Source: Octopus sinensis (lineage: Eukaryota). Taken from it: 64,000 nt of DNA. The notes below the pieces were generated by a model that saw only the letters and a program-made list of their open reading frames with translations, ran no database searches and was not told where the DNA came from. Both the position numbers and the translations under genes were made by a program. The stretch is taken from contig NC_043008.1 of assembly GCF_006345805.1 (NCBI RefSeq), positions 66,092,001 through 66,156,000 of the forward strand, read 5' to 3'. Shown here one piece after another: positions 1 to 11,764 of the stretch. Numbering within the stretch: the stretch's first letter is position 1; each line of letters begins with the position of its first letter.

Positions 1-279
1 AACATTGAGGGCAAAATTAATTATTATTAATCAACTTCACCAAGTGTTCAGTATGCAAAGGGACCATTCAAGGCGAATTCAAATTATTACATTATATAAA
101 AGGGCTTAGTAAAATAAATTACTTTGCCGCATACTGAAACTCATTAAAATAGCAGCTAAAAAACTTTTTTAAAGCTATTTCTAATACTTAAAGAAAAATC
201 TCATCATATTAGTGTTTGCTTATTCAACTCAACAAAAGTTTGGGGTAAGGACATCGAAAAATCAAATGCTAAGGTTATT

Positions 280-331
280 TGAGAACATACGTTTCAAGAT
301 TAGTCAAAACAACACTTCTATCATCAGCTCA
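280..331 (-). ncRNA. Minimal type I hammerhead ribozyme motif (array unit, inverted block)
   Basis: Reverse strand reads UGAG-CUGAUGA-uagaaguguuguuuugacuaaucuu-GAAAC-GUAU-GUU|CUCA. Stem I is UGAG/CUCA and stem III ACGUAUGU is self-complementary with G-U pairs. Confidence 0.75.
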
Positions 332-1113
332 GAAATTCCTTGGTTTGGATTTGGAAAAACTGAAAATAAGAACATACCTTTCGAAGATCTGCTCGTACTA
401 ACAGTGCCAACAAATTCAAATAAGCAAGCGAAGAATCTCTGTTTCTCCCCTTTCCACCAGCGTGGGTTAAAATCATCAAACACTATGCTTATTTCGGTAA
501 ATATCGAAGCATTAATCAGAGGGAGATTAATTATAATTTCAACATTGAGGGTAAAATTAATTAATTATTAATCAATTCACCAAGTGTTCAGTATGCAAAG
601 GGACCATTCAAGGCGAATTCAAATTATTACATTATATAAAAGGGCTTAGTAAAATAACCCCCAAACTTTTGTGAGTTGAATAAGCAAACACTATATATGA
701 GAGAGATTTTATTTAAGTATTAGAAATAGCTTTAAAAAAGTTTTTTAGCTGCTATTTCTAATGAGTTCAGTATGCGGCAAAGTAATTTATTTTACTAAGC
801 CCTTTTATATAATGTAATAATTTGAATTCGCCTTGAATGGTCCCTTTGCATACTGAACACTTGGTGAAATTGATTAATAATTAATTAATTTTGCCCTCAA
901 TTGTTGAAAATTATAATTAATCCCCTCTGATTAATGCTTCGGATTTTACCGAAATAAGCATAGTGTTTGATGATTTTAACCCACGCTGGTGGAAAGGGAG
1001 AACAGAGATTCTTCGCTTCGCTATTTGAATTTGTTGGCACTGTTAGTTACGAGCAGATCTTCGAAAGGGTATGTTCTTATTTTCAGTGTTTCCAAATCCA
1101 ACCAAGGAATTTC

Positions 1114-1165
1114 TGAGCTGATGATAGAAGTGTTGTTTTGACTAATCTTGAAACGTATGTTCTCA
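1114..1165 (+). ncRNA. Minimal type I hammerhead ribozyme motif (array unit)
   Basis: CUGAUGA 1118-1124, GAAAC 1150-1154, GUU 1159-1161. Stem I UGAG(1114-1117)/CUCA(1162-1165); stem II AGA/UCU plus AGU/ACU with a U-U closing pair. Confidence 0.75.
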
Positions 1166-1652
1166 ATAACCTTAGCATTTGATTTTTCGATGCCCTTACC
1201 CCCCAACTTTTGTGAGTTGAATTAAGCAAACACTTATATGAGAGAGATTTTCTTTAAGTATTAGAAATAGCTTTAAAAAAGTTTTTTAGCTGCTATTTTC
1301 TAATTTCAGTATGCGGCAAAGTAATTTATTTTACTAAGCCCTTTTAATAATGTAATAATTTGAATTCGCCTTGAATGGTCCCTTTGCATACTGAACACTT
1401 GGTGAAATTGATTAATAATTAATTAATTTTGCCCTCAATTGTTGAAAATTATAATTAATCTCCCTCTGATTAATGCTTCGGATTTTACCGAAATAGCATA
1501 GTGTTTGATGATTTTAACCCACGCTGGTGGAAAGGGGAGACAGAGATTCTTCGCTTGCTTATTTGAATTTGTTGCAACTGTTAGTTACGAGCAGATCTTC
1601 GAAAGGGTATGTTCTTATTTTCAGTGTTTCCAAATCCAAACCAAGGAATTTC

Positions 1653-1703
1653 TGAGCTGATATAGAAGTGTTGTTTTGACTAATCTTGAAACGTATGTTC
1701 TCA
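1653..1703 (+). ncRNA. Hammerhead motif copy lacking G8 (CUGAU-A)
   Basis: Same as 1114-1165 but reads ctgatatag, a 1-nt deletion in the core (inactivation or read error). Confidence 0.55.
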
Positions 1704-1928
1704 AATAACCTTAGCATTTGATTTTTCGATGTCCTTACCCCCAACTTTTGTGAGTTGAATTAAGCAAACACTATATATGAGAGAGATTTTCTTTAAGTAT
1801 TAGAAATAGCTTTAAAAAAGTTTTTAGCTGCTATTTCTAATGAGTTCAGTATGCGGCAAAGTAATTTATTTTACTAAGCCCTTTTATATAATATATATAT
1901 ATATATATATATACATATATATATACAT

Positions 1929-1959
<31 letters not shown>

Positions 1960-2280
1960 CATATATATATATTAATATATATATATATGTATATATATAT
2001 ACATATATGTGTGTGTGTGTATGTATGTACGTATATATATACATATATGTGTGTGCCTGCGTGTGTGTGTGTGTGTGACGCGTACAAATATGGCTTAAAC
2101 CAGAAAAATTAGAGGAGATCTCACCATGGTAAAGCGATACTTCCCTGGTTCACCTCCCAAAGTGATTTTAACGTTTTACGCATGTATATGTGAGCCTAAG
2201 TGTATTTGTGTACCATTCTTAATGTTATTATTCATAATATTATTAACATAAAACAAGCATTCAATTTAGTGGTGCCAAGT

Positions 2281-2770
2281 TTATAAATGCCGATTTTTAA
2301 AGTAAAAAGCAGCATTTTTCTGGGACATGTACTGGTCTAAGTGATTTTCACAGTCTTGTAAAGAAGTAAAATTCTTCCCATTCTCAGAATTTTGTAGGAG
2401 TCGAAATAAATTGTGATCTGAATGTCGAAAGTCGGGTGGGGATGGCGGGTTTTGCTGAATATCCCAGCCAAGCTGCAAGAAACATGAAGACTGGCACTCT
2501 CTTCAAGAAAGACGATACCCTTCCTACTGGTCAATTCTGGACGTTTTTCATCGATTGCTTCTCTTAATCGGTCTAATTAGAGGCAATAGTTATTTGAATT
2601 CAATATCTGATTTTGGAAAAGGATCTTATATAATACATAATGGTCTTCCAATCCCACCAAATACTCAGCATCACCTTTTTCGGATACTGACCAGCTTTTG
2701 GAGAGATTAAATGTAGTTCGTTTCGCTTTGTCCGGGACCTTTTTCACTCCACATCGCCGAAACAATAATT
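2281..2770 (-). mobile_element. Decayed mariner transposase fragment
   Basis: QNPPSPPDFRHSDHNLFRLLQNSENGKNF resembles the mariner HPPYSPDLAPSDYHLFRSLQN motif. Upstream frames give RKGIVFL and QILNSNNYCL; frameshifted. Confidence 0.8.
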
Positions 2771-3028
2771 ATTTGAATACAACATCATACATAAGATAAT
2801 GTATGTAATAGTTTAAAGAGTTTATTCCATAAAATATTTTTGTTATATGAAAATTATCCGTGGTTATTTAAGAGCGAATAAACAGAAAAAGTGAGAACAC
2901 AAACTGACCGAACCGACAGTTTTGTGTAGCATCTGAGGTTATTCTCTTTGAGAGTTCAATATCCCAACTTTTTATGATATTCAGCCAAAACTTCTAGAAC
3001 TGTTTACAAAACTTAATTTCAGGTTTAC

Positions 3029-3272
3029 CGCTTGTTTGGTTGCACATCATCCGATCTGTTTGATAGAATCACGTTGATTTTAATGTCTTTTATGATGGCA
3101 GTGTTAATTTCCCGTAGATGGCCTTTGAAATATAGCTGGAACGTAGTTCTAAGCTGGACATCAAAGTAAGATGGTTCGAAACCAAGCAGAAACTTCGCTG
3201 CAGTAATATGGGTTAAAACTATAACAGAAAAGATACTAACCCAAAATACTATGCTGTAGTAGGAATCGAACA
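3029..3272 (-). other. Candidate coding exon (hydrophobic segment), unverified
   Basis: ctgttccag acceptor, open frame FDSYYSIVFWVSIFSVIVLTHITAAKFLLGF...QPNK, possible donor cg|gtaaac. Non-repetitive sequence, no recognised homology. Confidence 0.25.
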
Positions 3273-3665
3273 CTGGAACAGATTATTCAAAAATACACTA
3301 TGTAACCATATAGTCATGTCTGTGCTTAAGTACCCTAGTATCTACAAAGATATGTACCCGGATATGTATACTAATGTTTTATTCCAATGACTATGTTTTT
3401 GATGTAAAAATTATGAGCCTCATGTTTGCATACAATAACATAGAATCGAGCAGAATATTTTTTAGGGTGATGAGTGAAGTTATCAGTACAGATCCCAAGT
3501 ATGTGTTTCTTTTGGGAATTGTTATCGACTCTGAGATACACGTTTATAGTTGCTGAAATATGTGATAACATAGTATAGATATCTATCAAAATAAAAACGA
3601 TATATATATATAAGCAGAAAGGAAGAGAGGGTGGAAAGAAAAAGGAAACAAATAAAAGTTTGCTG

Positions 3666-3698
<33 letters not shown>

Positions 3699-3956
3699 AT
3701 ATATATATATCTTTGTATATATATATACATATACATACACACACATATACACACACATATATACATATACATACGCATATATATATATATACACATACAC
3801 ACACACATATATAACTACATATATACATATATATGTATATATGAGTTTTCCATTTTTATATCCATTTTCTTCTCCTATATATATATATAAACGTGTGTGT
3901 GTGTGTGTGTGTGTACAAATATACGTATATGCACTTATATATATACATACATTACG

Positions 3957-3994
<38 letters not shown>

Positions 3995-4174
3995 AGAAGA
4001 AAATGGATATAACAATGGGAAACTCATAAATACACATATATGCATATATGTATTTATTTATATATGTATATATATATATGTGTGTGTGTGGTGTGTGTGT
4101 GTATGTGTGTGTGTGTATGTTTGTGTGTGTGTATGTGTGTGTGTGTATGTATATGTATACATGTGTGTGTGTAA

Positions 4175-4225
<51 letters not shown>

Positions 4226-4806
4226 TATATAAATACACACAGACATGCATATATATTGCTTGAGTTAAGTCATCATGTCGACATAGCGTGATCATACATA
4301 GCGGCTGTTGTCTAATCGTTGACGACTGTGACCATCACTGAAAAATTATCTCATCCTAGATGCTAAAGACAATGTCTGTCAGCAATGCCCTTGTTGAAGT
4401 CTAAAGTTAATAACAGCTTGCACAACTCGGCTAACGCTCTCACTTAGTAAGCCAAGTGATTCAGAAATAGGCAAGATCAAGATCTCCGGCTTCATAACGA
4501 GACGGTTGTTATTTTGAAACTTCTTTCGCCTAGAAAGATGTCTAAGCAAAGACTAGAAGGTTTCTGACATCCAGCTGTTGGGGCGGGCCGCTTACTCTAC
4601 TGAGTTCATTCGTCATTTCACTGGTTTTGTTTTTCTGCAAGGAGCCCAAAGCAAACCAGTCTCCTTGCCAAGCAGACTTGCTAGAGTTTGCCGGCTTAGT
4701 CGCCGACGGCACGATCATAAGAGGGGCTGTACTGGATTGCATATTACCAGCAGAACCAAGAGAGACCTGATCGTGTATAAAACCATGCATTCATACGCAC
4801 ACAGAC

Positions 4807-4849
<43 letters not shown>

Positions 4850-5026
4850 CATATATATATATATACATATATACATACATGCACACATATACATGCATAC
4901 ATACATAAATACATACATACATACATACATACATAAATACATACATGCATACTTACATAAATACATACATACATACATACATACATACATACATACATAC
5001 ATACATACATACATACATACATACAC

Positions 5027-5385
5027 AATCTTGAGAAATTAGGTTTCTCAAAGCCAGAATGGAGAAAGCTAATTCGAAGACTACTGATCCAATCCATCAC
5101 TGGAACTGTAAGAATCTGTAAAACTTTCCAGAAGTTTATCATTTAAATATATATTAGCATTTCTAAATATGCAACTATATGCAGGAGAATACATACATAA
5201 AGCAAAACATAAATTTGCACATATACATATACATATACATACATTCATACATACAAACAAACAAAACTACTCTGTTGATATTTTTGAAATGTTGACATTC
5301 CAACGAAGGAGCCTTGAATCTAGGTTAGATACCAGCTCTTTCTGTATTGGCAAGAAATCTTGAGATAAAACTGAATAATGACATA
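5027..5385 (+). mobile_element. 3' end of a non-LTR retrotransposon (RLE/R4-Dong-like) inserted in (CATA)n
   Basis: Frame 5027-5146 NLEKLGFSKPEWRKLIRRLLIQSITGTVRICKTFQKFII* resembles RLE-clade C-termini. The 3' UTR ends ctgaataatgacatacatac. A second copy of the UTR lies at 53641-53750 (-). Confidence 0.55.
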
Positions 5386-5647
5386 CATACATACTAGTTC
5401 ATTGCATTGATACACAAATGAAAAAATGATCACTGACCAAGTTTTCTTTGTGAGTGTGTGTGTGTGTGTGTCTAAAAAAGAAGGTTAATGGAGAAAGGAG
5501 ATGGAATGAGAGGCTTAATCTCTGATGTGAAAGGTCAATTATAGATAATAAATATAGGAAAAGTGAACGGATGTTGAGAAGTGAATATGATAAGCGATCT
5601 TTAAATGGGAATGTACTTTTGACACACCCTGATATATATCTGGATTA

Positions 5648-5727
<80 letters not shown>

Positions 5728-6569
5728 TATATATGTATATATATATATATATATATACGTATATATATATATATATATGTATATGTGTATGTAAATATAT
5801 ATATATATAATATTATATATATATATATATACAGGTAGATAGATATTATATGTTATATATAAGATATATAATTCAACAACTTCCTGAAGACACAGAAATA
5901 AAAGTTTAATTTTTTTCCTTTTTTGTGGTTCATACCAAATGATCCACTGTTTGGTACTGGTTCGCGAACCAGTGGCTGCAAACTCTAGGCTAGTCCCTTT
6001 TCTGTTTGAGCTCAAATTGTTTTGTTATGTCGCATTTTCGCTTTATTGGAGGTTTTCTTAGTGGTCTCTTCCCAGCACTTGAACACCACCCGATAAATCC
6101 ATGAGTTCATCTGTTTTCTGTGAACCTTTGACATGACCAGTTGAGGAGAACTTGCGCTTTCTGTATTCCGTTATCGCGTCGTTCTTTCAGTTTCCTTCTC
6201 GAAATATTACATTTCGAATATGCCTCCGCAATCATGTTCCTAGCATAGATACTGGCAGTTCATAGTTTATATTGATTTTATTTTATAAGGAAACTATGAC
6301 TTCCAGACTCATTTCAAGTTTTGCGATACACGATGTTGACGATAGCCAAACAACTTGAAATACAATTATCATTTCACCAGAGAGCACCGTGAGACGATGG
6401 TTGGTATTTTGCCACCTATTGCCTAAAGCGAGAGTTTCCTTCACAGCAAACTGCAGTGAAAACGGCTTCTTAACAGGTCAACTATGTCCCAAACGTGTCT
6501 GAATAGATCTAAATGTTACATGTACGTGTGTGTGCGAGCGCGCAGTGTGTGTTTCTGTTTATAAACGTG

Positions 6570-6923
6570 TATGCATATGCATACATACATGCATACATAC
6601 ATACATACATACATACATACATACATACATACACATACATACATAATACATACATACATACATACAACATACATACATACATACATACATACATACATAA
6701 TACATACATACATACATACATACATACATACATACATACATACATACATACATACATACATACATACATACATACATACAACATACATACATACATCATA
6801 CATACATACATACATACATACATACATACACATACATACATACCTACATACATACATACATACATACATACATACATACATACATACATACATACATACA
6901 TACATACATACATACATACATAC
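6570..6923. repeat. (CATA)n microsatellite
   Basis: Long near-perfect tetranucleotide tract. Confidence 0.95.
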
Positions 6924-7118
6924 TAAATTTGGCACTGTAATACGTAATCAAATTATTTAAGTCATTAGAGGGAACTAGAAGTCATTATTATCTGGGTAGT
7001 ATTGTCTGCCGCAGTAATTTAAAATAATCGATATTTTCGTCAGCTTCTTAAAGGTTTTAATATTTCAGTATCACTACTTTTGTTGTTGTAGCTGTTGTTG
7101 CTGAACAGGTATATATCT

Positions 7119-7332
7119 CTTTACTCTTTTACTCTTTTACTTGTTTCAGTCATTTGACTGCGGCCATGCTGGAGCACCGCCTTTAGTCGAGCAAATCGAT
7201 CCTGGGACTTATTCTTTGTAAGCCCAGTACTTATTCTATCGGTCTCTTTTGCCGAACCGCTAAGTGACGGGGACGTAAACACACCACCATCGGTTGTCAA
7301 GCAATGCTAGGGAGACAAACACAGACACACAA

Positions 7333-7381
<49 letters not shown>

Positions 7382-7546
7382 TACGACAGGCTTCTTTCAG
7401 TTTCCGTCTACCAAATCCACTCACAAGGCTTTGGTCGGCCCGGGGCTATAGCAGAAGACACTTGCCCAAGATGCCACGCAGTGGGACTGAACCCGGAACC
7501 ATGTGGTTGGTTAGCAACCTACTTACCACACAGCCACTCCTGCGCC
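7119..7546 (-). mobile_element. tRNA-derived CORE-type SINE, family A (full length)
   Basis: Head ggcgcaggagtggctgtgtggtaag...gttccgggttcagtccc (A/B boxes), CORE-like gtggcatcttgggcaagtgtctt, internal microsatellite, tail gactgaaacaag(taaaagag)n. Many copies in the window. Confidence 0.9.
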
Positions 7547-7575
7547 TATATCTTATGTGTTTAATGTAAATATAT

Positions 7576-7799
7576 ACGAAGGATTGCTGAAAAGTTCCTG
7601 GCTTTAAGAATATCGCGAAAGGTCTGTTTGGAGGCCCAACCTTCCGAGTTCTTTAAACAGGGTTTAGAAAAACTTAAGGACTGCTGCAATGCGTGAGTGA
7701 TTTTGAGAGGCGAATATGTTGAATAAAATCATAATTACTGATCCTACTGTATTTTCTTTTACCCAAAGTCAAGAACTCCTCAGTACCCCGCCCTCGTTA
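7576..7799 (+). mobile_element. Mariner-derived MITE
   Basis: TIR-like ends (acgaagg..gctgaaaagttcctggcttt / aaagtcaagaactcctcag..ccctcgt). Internal FFKQGLEKLKD..RGEYVE* matches a mariner C-terminus. Confidence 0.65.
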
Positions 7800-8199
7800 T
7801 AGCAATGTGGCTATTATATATGCACGTTCGCGCGTGTCTACATTCAACATAGATATGTTTTTTTAATCTTTTACTTGTTCAGTCACTAGCCCGCAGCCAT
7901 GTTGGGGCACCGCCTTGAAGAATTTTTAGACGAATGGATCGACTCCAGAACTTATATCATTTTTAAGCCTGGTACTTATTCTATAGGTCTGTTTTGCCGA
8001 ACCGCTTAGTTACAGAGACGCAAACACACCAACACCAGTTGTCAAGTAGTGGTGTGGGACAAACACAGACACAATCACAAACACACACACACACGTACAC
8101 ACACACACACACACACCACACACACAAACAAACAAACACACACACACATACACACACGCGCGCATGCACGCACGCATATTGGTGTACCACGAGGTGGTA

Positions 8200-8786
8200 A
8201 AAGAAATCCCTCGTTTAACTAGGAAATTAAATATGCCATCTGAGCAAAGGAGTATTACAAAGCTTGGCGAAACAAGTCTTCTCTTTTGCGCAATTTGTAT
8301 ACTGAGGCACGAAAAATTGCTGCAGTGTCACAAAAGCTACCAATGCGAAGAATTTGGAATTCAGCTGGAAATCATCCGCTGACTTCATAACAAGAAACTA
8401 TCCGCAATCTTACCATTAATTACTCATCAAGGGTTCTTCACTCTCCAGAAAAGAGCATTCTTGAGAGGTGGAGAGAATATGTTCCTGATCTTCAAAATCC
8501 AGCTACAATAAAATCTTTTAGTGGACACGAGATGCATTTAAGAGCAAAAACTAACTTCACAGAGGCTGAAGTCATAAGAGGGATTAAAACACTGTTATGC
8601 AGAAAGGCCGCTGAAATGTTAATCCCAATTTTTGAAAAAAGAAACCAAAGAGAGTTCTCTAATTATAGGGGAACCCTCTACATAAGCTTCCCCAGTAAAG
8701 TCAAAGACAGATGTCTGGAGAAGAGATGTAAGGAAATTGACGAGTCTAAGCTTGCTGAAGGGGAGTGTGGATGGCTCTTAAGGTGA
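8200..8786 (+). mobile_element. Decayed LINE (RTE/L2-like) reverse transcriptase N-terminal fragment
   Basis: IPIFEKRNQREFSNYRG...SKV..RCLEKRCKEI.ESKLAEGECG matches the non-LTR RT motif IPIFKKGD..CxNYRGISLLS...EQCGFR. Confidence 0.75.
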
Positions 8787-8790
8787 AACT

Positions 8791-8833
8791 TCTTACCTGA
8801 AGATCGCTGAGGCGTGAAACTCAAGTTACGAGA
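8791..8833 (+). ncRNA. Degenerate minimal hammerhead motif (PLE remnant)
   Basis: CUGAAGA-u-CGC-ugag-GCG-u-GAAAC-UCAA-GUU. Stem I is only partly paired. Confidence 0.45.
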
Positions 8834-8922
8834 TAAAAAATTCGGTTCGATTTCAATGAAGCATGCCTGTATATTTACACATATGTATATTTACACATAT
8901 GTATATTTACACATATTTATAC

Positions 8923-8953
<31 letters not shown>

Positions 8954-9187
8954 TGTATGTATGTATGTATGTTTGTTTGTTTGTTTGTTTGTTTGTGTGT
9001 ATGTATGTATATGTTGATATGTTTCTTTATTAGCCACACAGGGCTGAACTCAGAGGGGACAAATTACAAAGTAGAGCTTTTCTTTTGGGAGAGAAAAAAA
9101 ATGGGGTAGGTTTTCGATCAAAAGGGATCGTAAGAAAAGAAAAAGAAAAAAACGATCAATAGGGTGCGTATGTTTGTATATGTATAT

Positions 9188-9530
9188 ACCAAAGTTTGAC
9201 ACCACTAATCGAAAAGTTAACTTCGTTAACCGTTAATCAGTCAACCAAAACGTTAACTTTGATAACCATTAATCAGTTAATTATTTCCTAATGTAAAGAA
9301 AGTTATCGATAAACCGTTAAAGTTAATTTTTATCGTAGAAAAAACCAAAAAACAATTTTTGCTCTATAACCACCTAAAAACACCTTTAAAAAGTGCCAAA
9401 ACTATAAAATTGACTTGAATTGACGGAAGTTAATTAGTCAGGTAAGGATTTCCAAAGTTAACTTAAAATCGTTATCGAAAATGTCAACTTCGTTAATTAA
9501 CGATTAACTGATTTGGTGCCCAGATTTGGT
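9188..9530. mobile_element. MITE with imperfect TIRs and internal GTTAAC-rich repeats
   Basis: Ends accaaagtttgacacca / tggtgcccagatttggt; repeated aacttcgttaa and cgttaa motifs. Confidence 0.5.
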
Positions 9531-9549
9531 GTATACATAAATGGATGCA

Positions 9550-9653
<104 letters not shown>

Positions 9654-9710
9654 CAGACAAATATAGTATATTTCCCCCCAATCATTTATATATATATATA
9701 AGTATTTATA

Positions 9711-9775
<65 letters not shown>

Positions 9776-10094
9776 TTACACCGGCATACTTGCTCGTACA
9801 GACATATGTACAATAAATGTACTTCTGGAACCAAGCTCTCCCTTTCTCTTTCTCTCTCTCTCTCTATTTATTTGTCTATCTCTTCCTCCTCTCTTTCTTG
9901 CCCTATATTTTCATCATAGTTTCCAACGCACAAGCAGTGACGACGATGTGTTGGTATCTGGTCTTCACGCTTCGGCAATGCACTATAAACACCTATATGT
10001 GAATGGATATTAGTACAGAAGGTCTCCGAGTGCAGAGACAGATATACGATATTGATGATAGACAGTAGCAAAGAAGAAGCGGCAGCAGAGGCGT

Positions 10095-11075
10095 TGGTGG
10101 TGATGGTGGTGATGGTGGTAGTGCTTATGGTGATAGCTGGGGGAAGGGGTTGCCACAGCCAATCCTAATGGTTCTGGATGATGATGATAACGATATTGAC
10201 GACGACGATGACGACAATGATGAAGATGGTGATGAAGATGATCATCATCACGTTGATGATCATCATCCTCATCATAATCATGCGGTGATGGTGGTGGGTG
10301 CCACAGATAATTGCAATGGTTCATGCTAATGACGACGATCGACATTATCACTATGGAGTTCGTAGCGGAGGCGGCGGCGGTAGTGGAGGCGGAGGCGGCG
10401 GAGGCGGCGGCGGTAGCGGAGGCGGCGGCGGTGGCGGAGGCGGCGGCGGCGGTGGCGGAGGCGGCGGCGGCGGTGGCGGAGGCGGCGGCGGCGGTGGCGG
10501 AGGCGGCGGAGGCGGTGGCGGAGGCGGCGGCGGCGGTAGCAGCAGTGGTGGTGGTGGTTTTGGTGGTCTTATTGGAGGCAGCCATAGTAAAGATAATGAT
10601 GATTATGTAGATAACGGTGATAACAAAAGTTGGTGACGGTGTTGATACTAATAACGATGTTGTTGTCGTCGTCGTAGTTGTTGTTGTTGTGTTTGTTGTT
10701 GTTGGTGGTGGTGGTGGTGGTGGAGTTGGTGGTGGTGGTGGTGGAGTTGGTGGTGGTGGTGGTGGTGGTGGTGGTAGAGTTGGTGGTGGTGGTGCTGGCG
10801 GCGGCGGCGGCGGCGGCGATGGTGGTGGTGACGGTGGTGGTGACGGTGGTGGTGGTGACGGTGGTTATGGTGGTGACAATGGTGGTGGTCATGGTGGTGG
10901 TGGTGGTGGTGGTGACGGTGGTTGTGTTTTGGTGGTGGTGGTGGTGGTGCTGCTGCTGCTGTTAGTGGTGGTGGCGTTGGCGGAGGTGGCAGTCGCGTAT
11001 GAGGAATTCTATTGCCGGAAGTGTTGTTACTTTTGGTGTTGCCGGTGATTGTGGTAGTGGTGGTGATGGTGGATT
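10095..11075. repeat. (GGC)/(GGT)/(GAT) trinucleotide low-complexity block
   Basis: Includes a ggcggaggcggcggcggcggt minisatellite at 10365-10535; open in several frames on both strands. Confidence 0.9.
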
Positions 11076-11121
11076 TGTTGATAATGAATCGTAGAATGCT
11101 TTGCTTGTCTGTGGTGCTCAT

Positions 11122-11382
11122 TAAATTAACGTGCAAGTGGCTGAGCACTCCACAGACACGCATACCTTTAACGTAGTTCTCTTGGAGAGTCAGCGTGACA
11201 CAGAATATGACAAGGGTTGGTCCTTTGAAACACACAGGTACAGCTCATTTTTGACAGCTAAGTGGACTGGAGCAACATAAAATTAAGAGCCTTGCTTAAG
11301 GACACAACGCACCGGCGTGAATGGAACTCATGACCTTACGACCATAAGCTGAATACCCAAACGACTTAGCCACGCGCCTTCG
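11122..11382 (-). mobile_element. tRNA-derived SINE, family D
   Basis: Reverse strand ggcgcgtggctaagtcg...gagttccattc...ttgctccagtccact. Related copies at 18635-18765, 22680-22957, 27113-27432, 31692-31930, 41188-41300, 46880-47025 and 47610-47716. Confidence 0.75.
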
Positions 11383-11764
11383 CAAAAACACACACGTGTA
11401 TGAAGCAGAAAAGCCTCTCATATTTTACACCGCCATTGGTGCGGCAAGTATTGTCTTTCTTTTCGATTATCATCATCATCGGTGCTCACAGTGCATTTGC
11501 ATTTGAAATACTTATCGAGAATGGTAAATCTGGGAGGATTCTGTCACACTTTATTCACGGAGCTTTGAGCAGCAGTCATGATGTCGCAGTCATTTTGATC
11601 TTCGGTGCGAATCATCATAATGCAGTTAACTCTTTTCCAGTATTCAGATGGCTTCCAGTCCTCCATGTCAGCTAACTTTGTCTTAATTACAACTTTAATT
11701 TTTATGCTCTCCAACGCCGTTGACTGTTCGCTAATTCATCAAGCTGTTCCTGCAAAAAGGCGAC

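Larger units (their letters stand above)
1..1888. repeat. ~540-bp tandem repeat array with an inverted (head-to-head) block; Penelope pLTR / retrozyme-like, non-coding
   Basis: Plus-strand units start 'ccccaa(a)cttttgtgagttgaa' at ~658, ~1200 and ~1738 (partial, running into (TA)n at ~1888). 1-656 is the reverse complement of the same unit. Each complete unit carries a hammerhead motif. Confidence 0.9.

Noticed and set aside
212-1744. ORFs 212-571, 1021-1206 and 1559-1744 in the tandem repeat
   Set aside because: Frames differ between copies through indels, there is no recognisable domain, and they lie antisense to the hammerhead strand.
1840-6960. Many YI/CV/HT/MYVC-rich ORFs (also throughout the window)
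   Set aside because: Translations of (TA)n, (CA)n and (CATA)n microsatellites.
7294-7569. Recurrent ORF ..DRLLSVSVYQIHSQGFGRP..CPRCHAVGLNPEPCGW
   Set aside because: Antisense translation of SINE family A; it recurs with every copy.
10010-11235. Gly/Ala/His-rich ORFs
   Set aside because: Trinucleotide repeats open in multiple frames on both strands; no splice or homology support.
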